This document shows, one piece after another, positions 37,393 to 50,821 of a stretch of DNA of 64,000 nucleotides. Below the pieces are notes generated by a model. That model was given only the letters and a program-made list of their open reading frames with translations. It searched no databases and was not told the DNA's origin. The stretch is from Rhizophagus irregularis (Eukaryota). How positions within the stretch are numbered: the stretch's first letter is position 1; each line of letters starts with the position of its first letter. The translations under genes and the position numbers were made by a program. The stretch lies in assembly GCF_026210795.1 (NCBI RefSeq), contig NC_089429.1:6076001-6140000 (forward strand), given 5' to 3'.

Positions 37393-40169
37393 ACTAAATC
37401 TGATGATAGAACATATAGAAAAATTAGATGAAATTGTTAAAGATTCTATTTAAATATTATGCCCTGTTTATGATGTTCCTTTTTTGTCTTAACTGAGTTG
37501 TTAATAAAATTGTTAAATTACACTTGGATTTCCTAATTTTTTTCCTAATTGACTCGAAATTATTTGGTTAAATAACTTTTCTTAATGATTTAAAATACAT
37601 ATGAATGAGAATTGCTAATTTTTTTTAATTTCAATTAACTATAATATTTTACAATGTATTTACTATATTCACATAATTCACGCTTTCGATGAATTCCATA
37701 TCCAGTACTCCTAATAAAACCGAAATCAATACAATCAATTAATAAAAAGATAATTTCATTAATTCCTTAAATTATGATTCAATAAAAAAACAACCACTCT
37801 AGCATTGGCCTCCAAAAAGTGATTAGAAATCTTGTAAGTCGTTTAAAATGAAATATTATATGGAAAAGAAAGATTATGGTGAATAACAAAGAAGCCATCT
37901 TTGTGTGACCAATTATTAATAAGCCATAATTAAAAATAAGAAATTTCATTATGAAATCATTTTCTTTTGACTTTACTTGCATATAGCTCAATATTAATTT
38001 TTTTTATTAATCACATGCTTCTGACCAGCATTATAATGTATATTAAGGGATTTGCGCAGATAGATGGTATGGCTGAAAAATTTTGAAGAATAGATCCGAA
38101 ATTAAGCCTCAAAATAGGCTTATCTGGATGAATAATAATTTTATCCAGAGTGGCTGTAAAAATCCGCATTAGATCCGAATGGTTCTTTATAAATAGGATC
38201 AAGGATCAATTCATTAAAAAATTTTTTGAAAAATCTTCACATGAATTTTTTTCTTGATTCATTTAATATTTTTTTGCCAAATTTCAAAAATCTTATTACT
38301 ATATATTAAATATATTAAAATATTATGAAATGACCTATTTTTAGAATACTTTTAAAAAGTGGTAATAACAACTCGATTTCATCTTATAAATAAATTTATT
38401 CCTATAAATTTAAATTTTCATGTGATTTCTTAAGAAAATTTTTTTCTCAGGGAATTATTAATTATTGTTGAAGATTATTTGAATCCAAATTATTCTTAAA
38501 TAATGTAAATAATGAAAAATTATATATTTCTATTTTTAAAAATAATGGTGGAAATATTGTCTTAGTGTAATTAAATGATTCACACAGTATACAGATGATG
38601 TTTTATTCACATCAGATTGGAAGATACAAAAAATCAGTTTTTTTAATCCATTTCCTTTGCAAGTTATGTCAAAGCTCTTGAAAAAAGAAACAATCAACTA
38701 GAAGAAAAGGTAAAAGACCTGGAAGAGGAAAAAGATAAACTTTTTGCAAAAAGGAAAGAAGCAATCTTAAGTTTGAATGATAAGATTGAGAATGACTATT
38801 GTATAGATGAAAATATATATAAATATAAGTGGGTTGAGTGAGTTTCTTCAATTTTGAGAACATTATGGACCAAAATAAAAAGATCAAAATAGTCCATTGC
38901 AATCCCAACAAAGAGCATAGGAAGCAACCGAACTGCTTCATCTGTTCCATTGTGATCTTGCAGAACATTTCCAAATAAATGTAAAGGCCACATCAAGAAT
39001 ATGGCAAATGTTATCCAACACTAAATTAAAAGAAAAAAAGAACATTGCTATTAATGCAAAGTACAGACTACAGATAGTATATTATTTCTATCTCATAAAT
39101 AAGAGGATAGAATTTTGTAGATTATTAGCTTAAACATTAAGGAAAATAATTGAGAGCTAATGAAATATTAATTAGTATTATATCTTAAAAAAAATAAATT
39201 TAAAAATACAACTTGTAATTTTTTAACCCTACTACCAGTTCCACCTCATTTTGGATGATAATTCTGAAATAAAAATTTTTGAGGATAACCAGTGTGTCTT
39301 GCAAATTGCTCATCTATATTGCACTAGATAAGTTTCAGATATTAGTTGGATCTCTATTCTGTAAAGAAAACAATAAACAGCAGGAAAAAAAATCTAAAAC
39401 CTAGATGCTGTATTAAGGAACTTAATGCACAAATAACCCTTGTAAAGAACCAGCTTAAGGAATACTACTGGAATACTATGCAATCATAAATAATGGATTT
39501 CGGATGACTAGAAGTTATATAATCAATAATGGAGCAAACTATTGGCTTTAATACTAGTTTAACATATACGTTGACACCACTAAGAGATTTATGTTAAATT
39601 TTCCTGGCTTGATTTAAAATTTAATTTGATGATCACAAAATCAGCAACTTTAATTACCTGTATTTGTCAAATTTTACTGGTAATTTACAATAAAAAATGA
39701 TCAGTAGAGGTTCCTCTTGTCATTTTCCTAATATGGGCGAAATTTTTTTACTTTATATGGGACTTAAAAATTATTTTAATTAATAAGTACTTATTAAGTT
39801 AATAATTGAATTATTAATTCTAAAAATTCTGATTGGTCAATTTTTAAGGAGATCACATGACTTCTTTTTTAATGCACAAAGTTGACAAAAAATTTATTGT
39901 TTAAATTTTATTCTTTTACAAATTACAATATAAAGTCAATTTCCTTAACTATTGTTGTTTCAATTAATTGTGGATTAAAGATTTCAAGTAAAGTAGGAGG
40001 CTCTGAATTATTGAATTATTATTGGATTCAAAAATATTAATATCATTGCTGATATTTCACCTAAATCATTCAAGATCCTTTTCATGACCTGAAGACTCAT
40101 ATGAACGCCTTCAAGTACAAGAATTTTACTATTCTTTTTATATCGGCAATTTCAGCATTGTATAGTTTT

Positions 40170-40470
40170 ATTTAATATTTAAGCTCATCCACATCCATAT
40201 TATCTTTATCTAATACATCATAATCATTAATATCATCATTTAATTCATTATAAATATTCAAAGAGCCTTTGGTTTTTTTAGACTTATTGATAATAGATTT
40301 TTCTTTCATATACCATGTTATTTGTACCATTTTGGCAGTTCTTATTGATGATAAGCAGTTATGGCATTCTGTATGTATATTACCCATAAGTAACTACATG
40401 GAATATAGAATACTGAATACGTGATTAAAATTCAGAAACTTGATTATCAGTTTAAAAAATCCCATCACTA
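40170..40470 (-). pseudogene. hAT transposase C-terminal dimerisation-domain relic
   Basis: (W)WDFL...VFYIPCS..MGNIHTECHNCLS, resembling the hATC pattern WW....IP.s...ER.FS.mg.iht..RnRL, followed by an acidic tail. Confidence 0.5.
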
Positions 40471-41119
40471 TTTATATATATAGAAGAAAAACAAAAATTC
40501 ATTAAATGGATTCATTAGAGTAAAATCATGAATTAGCTTACTTGTGCCACCTTCTCTGTATGTTAAATTAAGCCATCAAATAATAGTTTTTGATAAAATT
40601 TTTAATTTTTTGATCTTCATTTTCGAAAAATAACAAATGATCATCATTATAACATTAAAAAAGATGAAATCAAAGTGCATATATCTGGGTTTTATATATG
40701 CCTACCAAATAAGGAAGATAATCAACTAATTCAGTTGGCAGAACTAGATTTTGAGACAAAATTTAACACTACTAAATTTTCAAATAATGATGATGATGAT
40801 GATTACTTTTTTGAGTCAACTTCAGTAAATAAAAAATATCATATTTCATCACAATCAGAGGCTGAATTTTCAAATGGGTCAACGCTCTCTAACACTTCAA
40901 CTGATACACAAAGATAGAAAAGACAAAAAAATATAAAAAATCTAAACAAGAACCTACAATTTCTATATCATCAGATGATGATAACAATGAATCTATAACC
41001 ATTACCCATATGTAATATGTTGCAATGAGCTAAGCTCCATCATGGGACAAATTACAAATTTCTTCATTTAATATCAATTCAATTAAATCAGACCAATATG
41101 CTTTAAAAGAATATGAAAG

Positions 41120-42439
41120 GGTTTATTATACATAGAAAATTTTTTGAAGACTAACAAGATAAAAATAATAGATTGCACCAATGACAAATGCAAACAGATG
41201 AAAGAATTTAAGGAAAAGATGAGAAATATTTTATAGGAGGAAGCAAAAGAAAAGAAGGTTAACTATAAAATAGAGATTATGGAGAATGCACTATTAATTA
41301 ACAAATATAATTTAATCTGAAAGAAAAATATAATAACAGAAGGTTATAGAAAATGGAGAAAGAAAGTTTCATACACAATATGGAAAAATGAAATATTAAA
41401 TACTAGCGAGAAACTTAATGATCTTTTTATATATAATTTCAAAAAAGAATTTGATTGGCAATATACTTTAGAATTAATTAGCAATTGTATAAATTTTACT
41501 GCAAGACAATGTTGTGAGAAAAATACAAGAGATAGATCATATTGCATAAAAAATTTACTTAAAGATTTGCCAACTTATGATGTTCTCTATAAAAGAAATG
41601 TTAATTCAATAACAAGTGAATGCTGCAGAAGATGTGAGAAAAATGAAAAAGAAACATGGGAGCATATTTGGATATGTAAAGATAATGAATCAACAATTGA
41701 CAAAATAGCACAAGAATCAATATATAAATATGAAATGTATTTACAAGATAATGAAAGAAAAGAAAATGTCACGATTTTACGAAACTATAATGTCAATTTC
41801 ATTACCATTTTAGAATAATGTTTAATTGTTCTATTAGGAAAAAGTAGAATATGGGAGCTCTTGAGAGAAGTATATAATAACAATTTTAACAATTTAATGA
41901 ACAATCGAGAAGAAAAAAAGATCATTAAAGAATTATGGAACTTTATATATGAAGAATTTAGATCAAGAATTTGGATGCCACGTTGTAAAGAAATTGCAAG
42001 ATTAGAAAAAATTGCAGGTATACAAAAGCAGGATCTAAAGAGAAAAAGAGAAAATGATGAAGAAGATGATAAAAAAATTACAAAAAACGCAAAAACAAAT
42101 AAAAAACATAGAAAAAATATAACTTTGAATAAAAATATTAATTTAACAAGAGATAGAATGATAGGATCATTAACGGAAGGGAATAGTAAAGGGCATACTT
42201 GGGATTTAACGCCAAAGACCTTTGATTTTAAAATTTAATTAGATTTAGTTTAGAAATTTACATCTTTAGTTTAGTTACTTTTTATATAAATATTAGAATA
42301 GTTTTGGGATAATTTAGATAGTTGTAAACTTAGTTATAGGGTTTAGTATTTCGATACTATGCTCTAAGTATTTTAAATTAATTATGTAAATTTTTTAAAT
42401 TTGAAATAATTAATAAAATGCGTTACTATTATAAAAAAA
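41120..42439 (+). mobile_element. 5'-truncated LINE 3' end (C-terminal finger, 3' UTR, poly-A)
   Basis: LPTYDVL...CRRC...ETWEHIWIC; poly-A at 42433; 15-bp TSD AAAAGAATATGAAAG (41105-41119, 42440-42454). Confidence 0.9.
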
Positions 42440-42779
42440 AAAAGAATATGAAAGATTGCAAAAAATGTATAATGAAAAATAAATAACTATATATCAGTTA
42501 TTTCTTAAAACAATTATGAATTGGATTTGCCAATCAATTAAAAATATACCAAAAAAAATCAACTATCTTAGAGTAAAAAAATTGTTTTTTTAAAAAAATG
42601 AAAAATTTCAATTAGAATAAATTATTTGTAAATTTACTAAAAAAAAAGAAAATACAAATAACAAACTAATTAATAATAACTTTATATTTTTATAATAAAG
42701 CCTAGTATAAATTGCTTGTAATTGCTCATAATCATTTTGAAAACAAAAATAAACAGAATGCTATTTTTTATTATAAATT

Positions 42780-45235
42780 TTACAGCTCTCATGAATGATA
42801 AACTCTTGTTGTTCTTTAAAATTAACCTGCTACTTTATCATAAATAAACATTTTTAAATATATAGCTTATTTTTAAGCATATAAGAACTGACATTTAACA
42901 CCATCAAAAAGGCTAAAGTTTCTGCTTTAATTGGCGTAATCCAATTTTCTATCATAATATAAATCTCATCTACCAAATTAAAATTTTTGTCATAAATATT
43001 TAAATCTGCTATCCTGGCTGTGCCAATATCGATTACAGAACCATCTATATAATTTTTCCAGTGTTTTTCTTGATCTTGTCATTCATTAATAATAGCTTTT
43101 CTATATTTTTATTGTTGTTAAACACCAATTTTCTAATAATATTACCTTTATTGATTTTATCAATAGTAATTTCGTCAGTTGTTTATTGAAAATTTCTATC
43201 ATCATTTGCTACAAAAGTACTAGGATTTTCTGTAAAAAATTTTTTGTAAAGGATTTTTAATTTGAAATAATGTTAAGTCACATCTGTTATTACTATATAT
43301 GCTTTTTTTGTTCTTAATGTTATATTTGTTGAATATTTCTGATTTTTTAGGAAAAATGCAGCACTTGATTTTAATGACAAGACATACGGGTCTTGTTTGT
43401 ATTTTGGTCTATCTATTGTTATAGCCAGTTCTTTAGCATTTACAAATGTAAACAAATGGAAAATGGTAAGCAGAAGGTATATAGGTAGGCGGGTATAATC
43501 AATAAATAAACTATATGTATAAACACTTAATAAACAATCCAATCAGATGTGTAGTATAGTACTGTACGTCAGCATATACTCCCAACACGAATAAAGGATA
43601 ACAAATTTATATTTCATTAAATTCAAACAACAGTTTATTTAATATAATCATCAGAACCATTTTTATTAAGAAAACTCTTCTACTGAACTTGAACTTCATT
43701 CAACTACAGGTCTAATTACAGGTCTATATATATGTAAAAATACTAGACTAAAATATCTAACATATTGAATATATTAAATAAATTAAACATATTTGACATG
43801 TTGCATATATTTGATATGTTGAATATATTTAATATGTTGCATATGTTAAATATGTTAAACATATCAAACATTCGTAACATTCGTAACATTTGAAACATAG
43901 ATCGACAATCCCGTGATTAAATTGAATTCTGGTCACGTGATCGATCGATCGCTACACTATTATCATCCTATTATCTAATTGGCACTCTTCATATTTTTTG
44001 AAAATTATGTGATGTACTATATAAACTAAGTCCTTTTTCTGTCCTATTGGCATACCATATGACACCTCAGATGAAGTATTATTGACCGATCCCAAAATTT
44101 TTTTGGCATCAGACTTGGCTGTAAATGGAATTAACTCTTCACCTTTTAAATAATTCGTATCATGTTTTTCCGTTAACATGTTAAATATTTGATGTTTGAT
44201 TTTTCTATTGATGTAAGGCTTACTTGTCAATTATTTCGTTCTTTAATCTAGCCCAACTATTTTTTATTGACCCAGGTGTTGATTTAATGAATTTCTTATA
44301 AAACGGTTCTTTGAATGTTAATATATTCTTTCCATCTAAAGTTAACAATTGATCCAAAAAGATTATATTCAATTTTCTCAATTTACTTAATGATAAAAAT
44401 ATTGTGTCAGGAATTATTTCTCTTAGGTACTAAAATCGTGTTTTTTTTAGTAAGACAATATTTTCTAAAATGAAAGAATTAATTGTTTTTTAAGAATTTT
44501 TTTAAATCTTATGATCATGTCTTCCAATTTTAATGTATACAAAGGATTTTTGATAATAAAAGCAATTCTTGCAATCTAATTTTCATGATCATCCCTAATT
44601 CATTTTGGTCATTAATTTGAAGCACAAATTCATAATTTTCGCCTGTAATTGATTATCGTGAATGTTTTTTAATCCATATGTTTCTTTCATGTGTACTATC
44701 ACATTGGGCACCATTCTTGCAAGACCAAATTTATTCTTGGAAAGCATTCTGAATGGCGCCATCATCTTATCACATTCAGTATCAGTCAACACAATTAATT
44801 GATAATTAATACGTTAAATATGAAAGACATCTGCTTATCCATCAATTTTTTTCGCAAGACCATTATTGATTTATTGATTGACAACAATTCTTTATTTCTT
44901 CTTTCACTTGATTTAGCATGTGTTTTCTTTGTTGTAGGCGTTAAACCATACACCTAATCTTTTTATCGACCCATTTTTTTGTGGGATTAATTATCATTTT
45001 CTTATTATCTCCAAAGATAACTTGGATTTCTTCGCTGTCATCCATTGTATTTTTGACCTTCAACAATATTATTAATTTTTATATCATTTAAGATATAAAA
45101 TGAATCTGCAATCTCTAAGACCTTTTCCAGATTGTCTTTACAATCCAACATGAAATTCGTATCATCTATATATAATAAACCTGGGAAATTGATAGCAATT
45201 GGCTTATCAATATTTCAATTTTGTTTACCATCAAC
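42780..45235 (-). mobile_element. Fragmented LINE (RT thumb region and RNase H) with internal insertions
   Basis: YIDDTNFM and LGVW at ~45170-44945; ECDKMMAPFR...YGL; YIDGSV and IKAETLAFL at ~43050-42910. Confidence 0.75.
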
Positions 45236-46154
45236 AAATGAAAATTTTAACCAAAAAAAGCTAAAAATATTTGAAAAAAAATCAGACAAAAAAAATTAAT
45301 AATTAAAAAAAAAAAATTCCAATTAAGGTAAAATTTCATTAACTGAAATTGGATTAGTTGATTGGAATGCACGTAGATCAAATAGTTTTTGACCATAAAT
45401 AGATCAGGCAGAGGCATGTTATGGGTTTTAATTTTATGGCATGGGATTTCAAATTACACAATTCAAATTATTTATGCAGAGACTAATCCAAACATCAGAC
45501 AAATTTTTTTAGTTATATAGACTAGCAAATAGGTCAAAATCTTTATTTCATATTAAATTTATTCTGTATTATTAATTGACCTTGTAGCAATAATCAATTG
45601 TAATTTATCTTAAAAAAATTATAGATTGTCATTTCTTTTTTTCCTACAATTAAAAATCCCATGTTTTCGGTGAAATTTTCGCAATTTCCTAAATAATAAA
45701 TGATCAAATGACTAGGAATATGTGAAAACAGAGCATATTTTGGTTCATTCACTGGAAGACATCCAAAAATATTTGGAATTTGGTCTGTATAAATACATGC
45801 TGAAATATAAGAAAGTGTATCAATACATCTAGCATTATTGACATAAGAATGATACATAAGAATGATAATTTGATAATTTATGATACATAACTAAGCTAAA
45901 TAAGTATGAATTAGTAAACTAATTATCATTAAAATATATAAATTTGCAAACAATAATTAATAATTTTACCTGGGCATTTTGATACTTATTATTAATCGAA
46001 AATTACTAAACATTGCCTTTACCAGCATATGGAACTTGGGCAGAATTAAGAATATGAATGTAACTCTGCCCAAAATGCCATCCTAATGCTGGTAAAGGCA
46101 ATGATCGCCCAGGTGATGTTTAGCAATAGTACCCTTAATCTTGTTAATGTTTAA

Positions 46155-46631
46155 GGGGGAGTGTAATCACGTGACTTTTAATTGACTATCATGGCGCAAA
46201 AATTTTTTTGTGCTATTCAGAACGTCCATGTCTAATAAAACATTTGTAAATTACTAAATATTAAAAAAAATATATTATTTTCTTACCTTTTGGAACCTGA
46301 AAGTTCACCAGGTATAGTTTTTATTTAGACTTAAATATTATATTTTGGAGAAAATATCAAAAGAAGTTCCAAAAAGGTTGCGAATCGCTTAGTGAAAGTT
46401 TAGAATCTCTCTACTGGAAAACATAATATTATTTTTTTAACAAAAAGCATTTTATCATTAATTAATTTAATATATTTGTATTCTATAGGTATTTTTTCAC
46501 ATATCTTTACAAAAATAATAATAAAATAATACATAATTATTCAAACTAAAGTACTTTTGTTCTTGGCTTCATATTTTAAATTTTTGCACCATTGATAGTC
46601 TTATTATAATTCACGTGACTACACGCTCCCC
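46155..46631. mobile_element. Kolobok-type MITE (477 bp)
   Basis: TIR GGGGAG(C)GTGTA.TCACGTGA; TTAA on both flanks. Confidence 0.8.
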
Positions 46632-46781
46632 TTAAAGCTGAATAACGCGTCATGTAAATTCTTTGACTAGAATAAGCTTCATGTTTGCGATGGTGTGATA
46701 TTAAATATGAAATGTCCAATTCTCCTGATGATAAAACACCTGTTTGAAAGATTTCATCACTTTCTTGGATAATTTTTTTAT

Positions 46782-46912
46782 GGTTACGGTACATTTCGCT
46801 GAAAGTCATTTCGCCGAAGGAAAAATAGGGCCAACATTATGCAGAATTATTAATAACTCAGGCCAGAGATTATTTTTCGGTGAAATGGCTTTTGGCGAAA
46901 TGTCCCGATACC
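46782..46912. mobile_element. MULE-type MITE, copy 2 (131 bp)
   Basis: TIR GGT..CGG.ACATTTCGC.(G)AAAG; 9-bp TSD TTTTTTTAT. Confidence 0.8.
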
Positions 46913-47596
46913 TTTTTTTATCTGATTGATCATAAATAAAATCTACTTTTATTTTGACTCTGTTCTATATCATTAGTTTTTTCCAAATTTAAAATGTCAT
47001 GTGCTAACCAACTCCGCAGCCTCACTAATTTCATTTAATTCACAATTGGCTTTTAATTTCTTCTAACTCATCATCATCTTGATTTAAATTAACATATAAT
47101 AAATCACTTTCACTAGCTGATATATGTGTAATAAAAGTTCCACTGTAAAAAAGTCTTTTATAAATGACGAATTCAAGAACGCAATTGCTTGTTCATGGGC
47201 TTAATGAATAATCAAATCTATTTCATCATCTGTAGGATATGTTGTTAAATTATGACAATAGTTTCTTCATAATAATTCACTATGTAAACACAAATAAATT
47301 AATAATAAGGTATAATTGAATTAGGAAATATAATAGTATGAGTTTAATACATATGCATAATTTTGAAACATTTTGCAAAGACAGCTACCATTTTTTCATG
47401 GTGATGCTGGGTTGGTTTTGAGAAGCTTATAAATCAATTATTATTGGCGCTGTATATTATTATAATGAATATTTAATTGTAACTTACGTATTCTGAAAAG
47501 AGCAATAATTGAATTTCACTTATATTTTTTAAATTTTAATAACTAAATTATAACATTTGAGCATAATTGGGGTGAAAGAATAAATAATATGTAGCA

Positions 47597-47897
47597 TAGT
47601 GTGTCAATGTGTTAAGTTATCGGATAACAGATATTAGATTTATCCAAAAATCTGCATAAGTTTAAATCGTCATATTGGATGACTATCCCGCAGTATAATC
47701 CAAGTTAATAAGAATTAGGCATTATAGACCAAAATATCTGTTTACTTAATAATTGGATAATTTATATGGCTGTAGCACACTGATTTTTTGTAGTTAGTTA
47801 TCTAGTATGATGATTTAAACTTAGTTTGATAATATAGATAATTGGATAAATCCAATATCCGTTTATCCGATTAATTAATTAAAGGGTTGACACACTA
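47597..47897. mobile_element. hAT-type MITE, copy A
   Basis: TIR TAGTGTGTCAA; flanked by ATGTAGCA (right copy offset by 4 nt). Confidence 0.8.
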
Positions 47898-47938
47898 ATA
47901 AATGTAGCACAATTTTGAAAAAAGCAGTAAATGGTTAA

Positions 47939-48088
47939 GGGTATTGCTAAATATCACCAGTGGTGACGGTCACCAGTGGTGGATTTATGATGTAATGCCG
48001 GTCAGTGGTTTATTAAATTTTAATTCAGGCCAAAAGTGCATCTTAATGCTGGTATGGTGACAATCACCGCTGGTGAGCTTTAGCAATT
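47939..48088. mobile_element. Small foldback MITE (PIF-like end TAA|GGGTATTGCTAAA); relative at ~46000-46135
   Basis: Inverted attgctaaa..tcaccag.ggtga / tcacc.ctggtga..tttagcaat. Confidence 0.6.
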
Positions 48089-48188
48089 TTCAATGGTTAG
48101 TAATACTAAAATTAGAATATTTGAACGTCCTATTCCAATAATATCTTTATTATTCATTGGAATTGAGGTGAAAGAATGATATGTAGCA

Positions 48189-48490
48189 TAGTGTCAATCT
48201 GTTAAATTATCGGATAAACGGATATTGGATTTATCCAAAAATCTGCATTATCAAACTAAGTTTAAATTATCATATTGGATGACTATCCCGCAGTATAATC
48301 CAAGTTAATAAGAACTAGTTTATATGGTCTGTAGCACACTGATTTTTATAAAATTTAGGTTAATTTATGATATCAGACTATACTGCAGGTTAGTTATCTA
48401 ACATGATGATTTAAACTTAGTTTGATAATGCAGATAATTGGATAAATCCAATATCCGTTTATCTGATTAATTAAAGGATTGGACACACTA
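48189..48490. mobile_element. hAT-type MITE, copy B
   Basis: Same family as copy A; perfect 8-bp TSD ATGTAGCA (48181-48188, 48491-48498). Confidence 0.85.
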
Positions 48491-48709
48491 ATGTAGCACA
48501 ATTTTGAAAAGAGCAATAAATGGAATTTCACTTAAATATTTTTTAATTTTTTAATAACTAAAAATTATAACATTTGAGCATCCTATTCTAATAATATCTT
48601 TATTATTCATTAAAACGTTTTTGTTTCTCTACAAGAAATAAATAGTTATTTTCAGAAATTAACTTACTATTATCACTATTATTGACTTAACTACTAGTAC
48701 AATATTATT

Positions 48710-50146
48710 ATGACAGACATTCAAGAAAAAACAATACTTCTTATTGGCACTACAGGTAGTGGTAAGTCTACCTTAGGTAATGTGTTAATTAACAAGAATG
48801 GTAACTTTGAAGAAGTATTTGCAGAAGGCGAATATAGTGTTAGTGAGACAAGGAATATTAAATCTGAAAGAGTGGAAATAGAGGGAATTAATTACAGATT
48901 AATTGATACTCCAGGGTTTGGGGATACATCCCTTGAAGTTATTAAAATTCCTCCTACTTTAGGAGAATTGAACGAATACATTCAGCTTGGAGTAGATTAT
49001 GTTTTTTTTGTGGTCAATAAAAAGTTTGATAACAAAAATTTAGACATTTTTAAATATTTGAAAGAAATTTTTTTTGATGATGATGTAGTTAAGTATATCA
49101 CGATTATTTTTACTCATTTCCCTAAGTTCAAAGTAAAAGGAATATGTGAGAAAGGCATAGAAATATTGAGAAATGAAAGTGAATCAATTGCCGACATAAT
49201 AAATAATGTTAATATTATATATGTAAATAACGCTACTATTCTTGACGATAACGATGTCTCTAATAAAAATGCTAGAGAAGATTCCAGAAAAAAAATTCTG
49301 GATCATTTAAAGTTATTTCAAAATGAAGAAAAGTGCAAACCTAGATTGGGTGATTTACATGAAAGAATTAAAAAATTGAATGAAACAGTTTTAACACAGA
49401 AGAAAGAACAACTTAACGAAACTGGTGAATGGGTAGAGAGGTTAAGGATTTTCATTGAATGGAGAAAAAGTATGAAAGAAGTAATAATGAGTTATATGAC
49501 AACTTGGTCCTTTCATGTTAAAAATTGTGAGATTTCGGCAGGACGCGGAAGACATATTAATATAGTAGGAAAAGGTTTTAGTGGTGTTAAAAAGCCACTA
49601 GGTCTTGCAATAAGTGTTGCTGGTAACGCGGTTGAATTTGGTTGTGAATTTATTGAAGTTGCTGTAGAACATATATACTATCATAAGATTTCAAATAGGA
49701 TCAAAGAAGATAAAGAAAAAAGGTCGATGCTTTTAAGAAAAGAATTAAGTAATCAAATTAAAGATCATGAAATTTTAAACAGAGATTCAACTGAGATAAG
49801 AGAAAATTTAACTTGGCTTCATGATATAAGAGATACATTTGAAAAACTGTGTGTGTTAGTTGAGGAACGAAGGACTAATTATGGTGAAAATTCTGAGTCT
49901 AATGAAACAAGTGGAATTAATGTGACTGATCAAGATGAGTCAGTTGAAGTGAAAAACTACTTTTATACAATAATAAATAAACAAAAAAAATTGTTTCGTG
50001 ATAAATTGCGGGAGGATGATAAACTTCTAGAAATAGAGCAAAAAGAACTCCAAGAGAAATATAACATCAAAGAATATGAAGTAAAGGAACTTGAGGCAAA
50101 ATTAGAGAAAGAAAATTTAACTTTTTTCTCAAAGGCTCAAATCTAA
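48710..50146 (+). CDS. AIG1/GIMAP-family P-loop GTPase with a long helical/coiled-coil C-terminus, intronless, 478 aa
   Basis: G1 ILLIGTTGSGKSTLGN, G2 SETR, G3 LIDTPGFGD, G4-like IIFTH; K/E-rich helical tail. Confidence 0.9.
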   Translation: MTDIQEKTILLIGTTGSGKSTLGNVLINKNGNFEEVFAEGEYSVSETRNIKSERVEIEGINYRLIDTPGFGDTSLEVIKIPPTLGELNEYIQLGVDYVFFVVNKKFDNKNLDIFKYLKEIFFDDDVVKYITIIFTHFPKFKVKGICEKGIEILRNESESIADIINNVNIIYVNNATILDDNDVSNKNAREDSRKKILDHLKLFQNEEKCKPRLGDLHERIKKLNETVLTQKKEQLNETGEWVERLRIFIEWRKSMKEVIMSYMTTWSFHVKNCEISAGRGRHINIVGKGFSGVKKPLGLAISVAGNAVEFGCEFIEVAVEHIYYHKISNRIKEDKEKRSMLLRKELSNQIKDHEILNRDSTEIRENLTWLHDIRDTFEKLCVLVEERRTNYGENSESNETSGINVTDQDESVEVKNYFYTIINKQKKLFRDKLREDDKLLEIEQKELQEKYNIKEYEVKELEAKLEKENLTFFSKAQI

Positions 50147-50821
50147 GTTTCTTCTAGGCAAGATTAGTAAGCCCGTTTTCGATTTCTATATATATGGCTT
50201 ATTTTAGTCAGAAACATTAGTGAATAAAATTAATAGTTATACACAGAATAAATGAAACAAGTCTTAAGATATATTTTTTCAATTTTATAGCGTAATTTCA
50301 GTACTTTGGTTAAATGAAATAGGTCTAGGAGGCTTAAGTAAAGTTCTATAGCATATAGGGAATTATTCAAATATTAATTTTTATAAAAATAGCTTAAATA
50401 TCCTCAAAGGTATGAATATTTTTATGTGAAATTACTGTGCCGCGCGCAACTGATTTTTTCACTTTATGGTGTAATTTTAGCGCTTTTGTTAAATGAAATA
50501 GGCCTTTGAAGAATAAGCAAATTCATTCTGCAGGTGTAAAAATTACTTAGATAATAATTTTTATCAAGCTGACTTAAATATTCATGGAGTAATTAGCATT
50601 TTTTAAAGATTTTAAATAGTGTTTGTTTATTTGTTTATTAAATTTAATAAAGTGTAAAAGCATTATTTTTTAAATGTTCTTATTGTAAAAGTGATAAAAT
50701 ATTTTTTTTATTGTAATATCCTAAGAAAAAAATATCACTTTTTTTCTTTTTTTTTTGATTTCGGCTTTTTTAAGATAAATGTTAGTATAAGCCAATCAAA
50801 ATTTAGACGCCACAAAATCAC

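Noticed and set aside
50250..50620. ~180-bp imperfect tandem repeat; a similar pair lies at 53835-54300
   Set aside because: The repeats are real but look like internal transposon remnants; no termini or function could be assigned.
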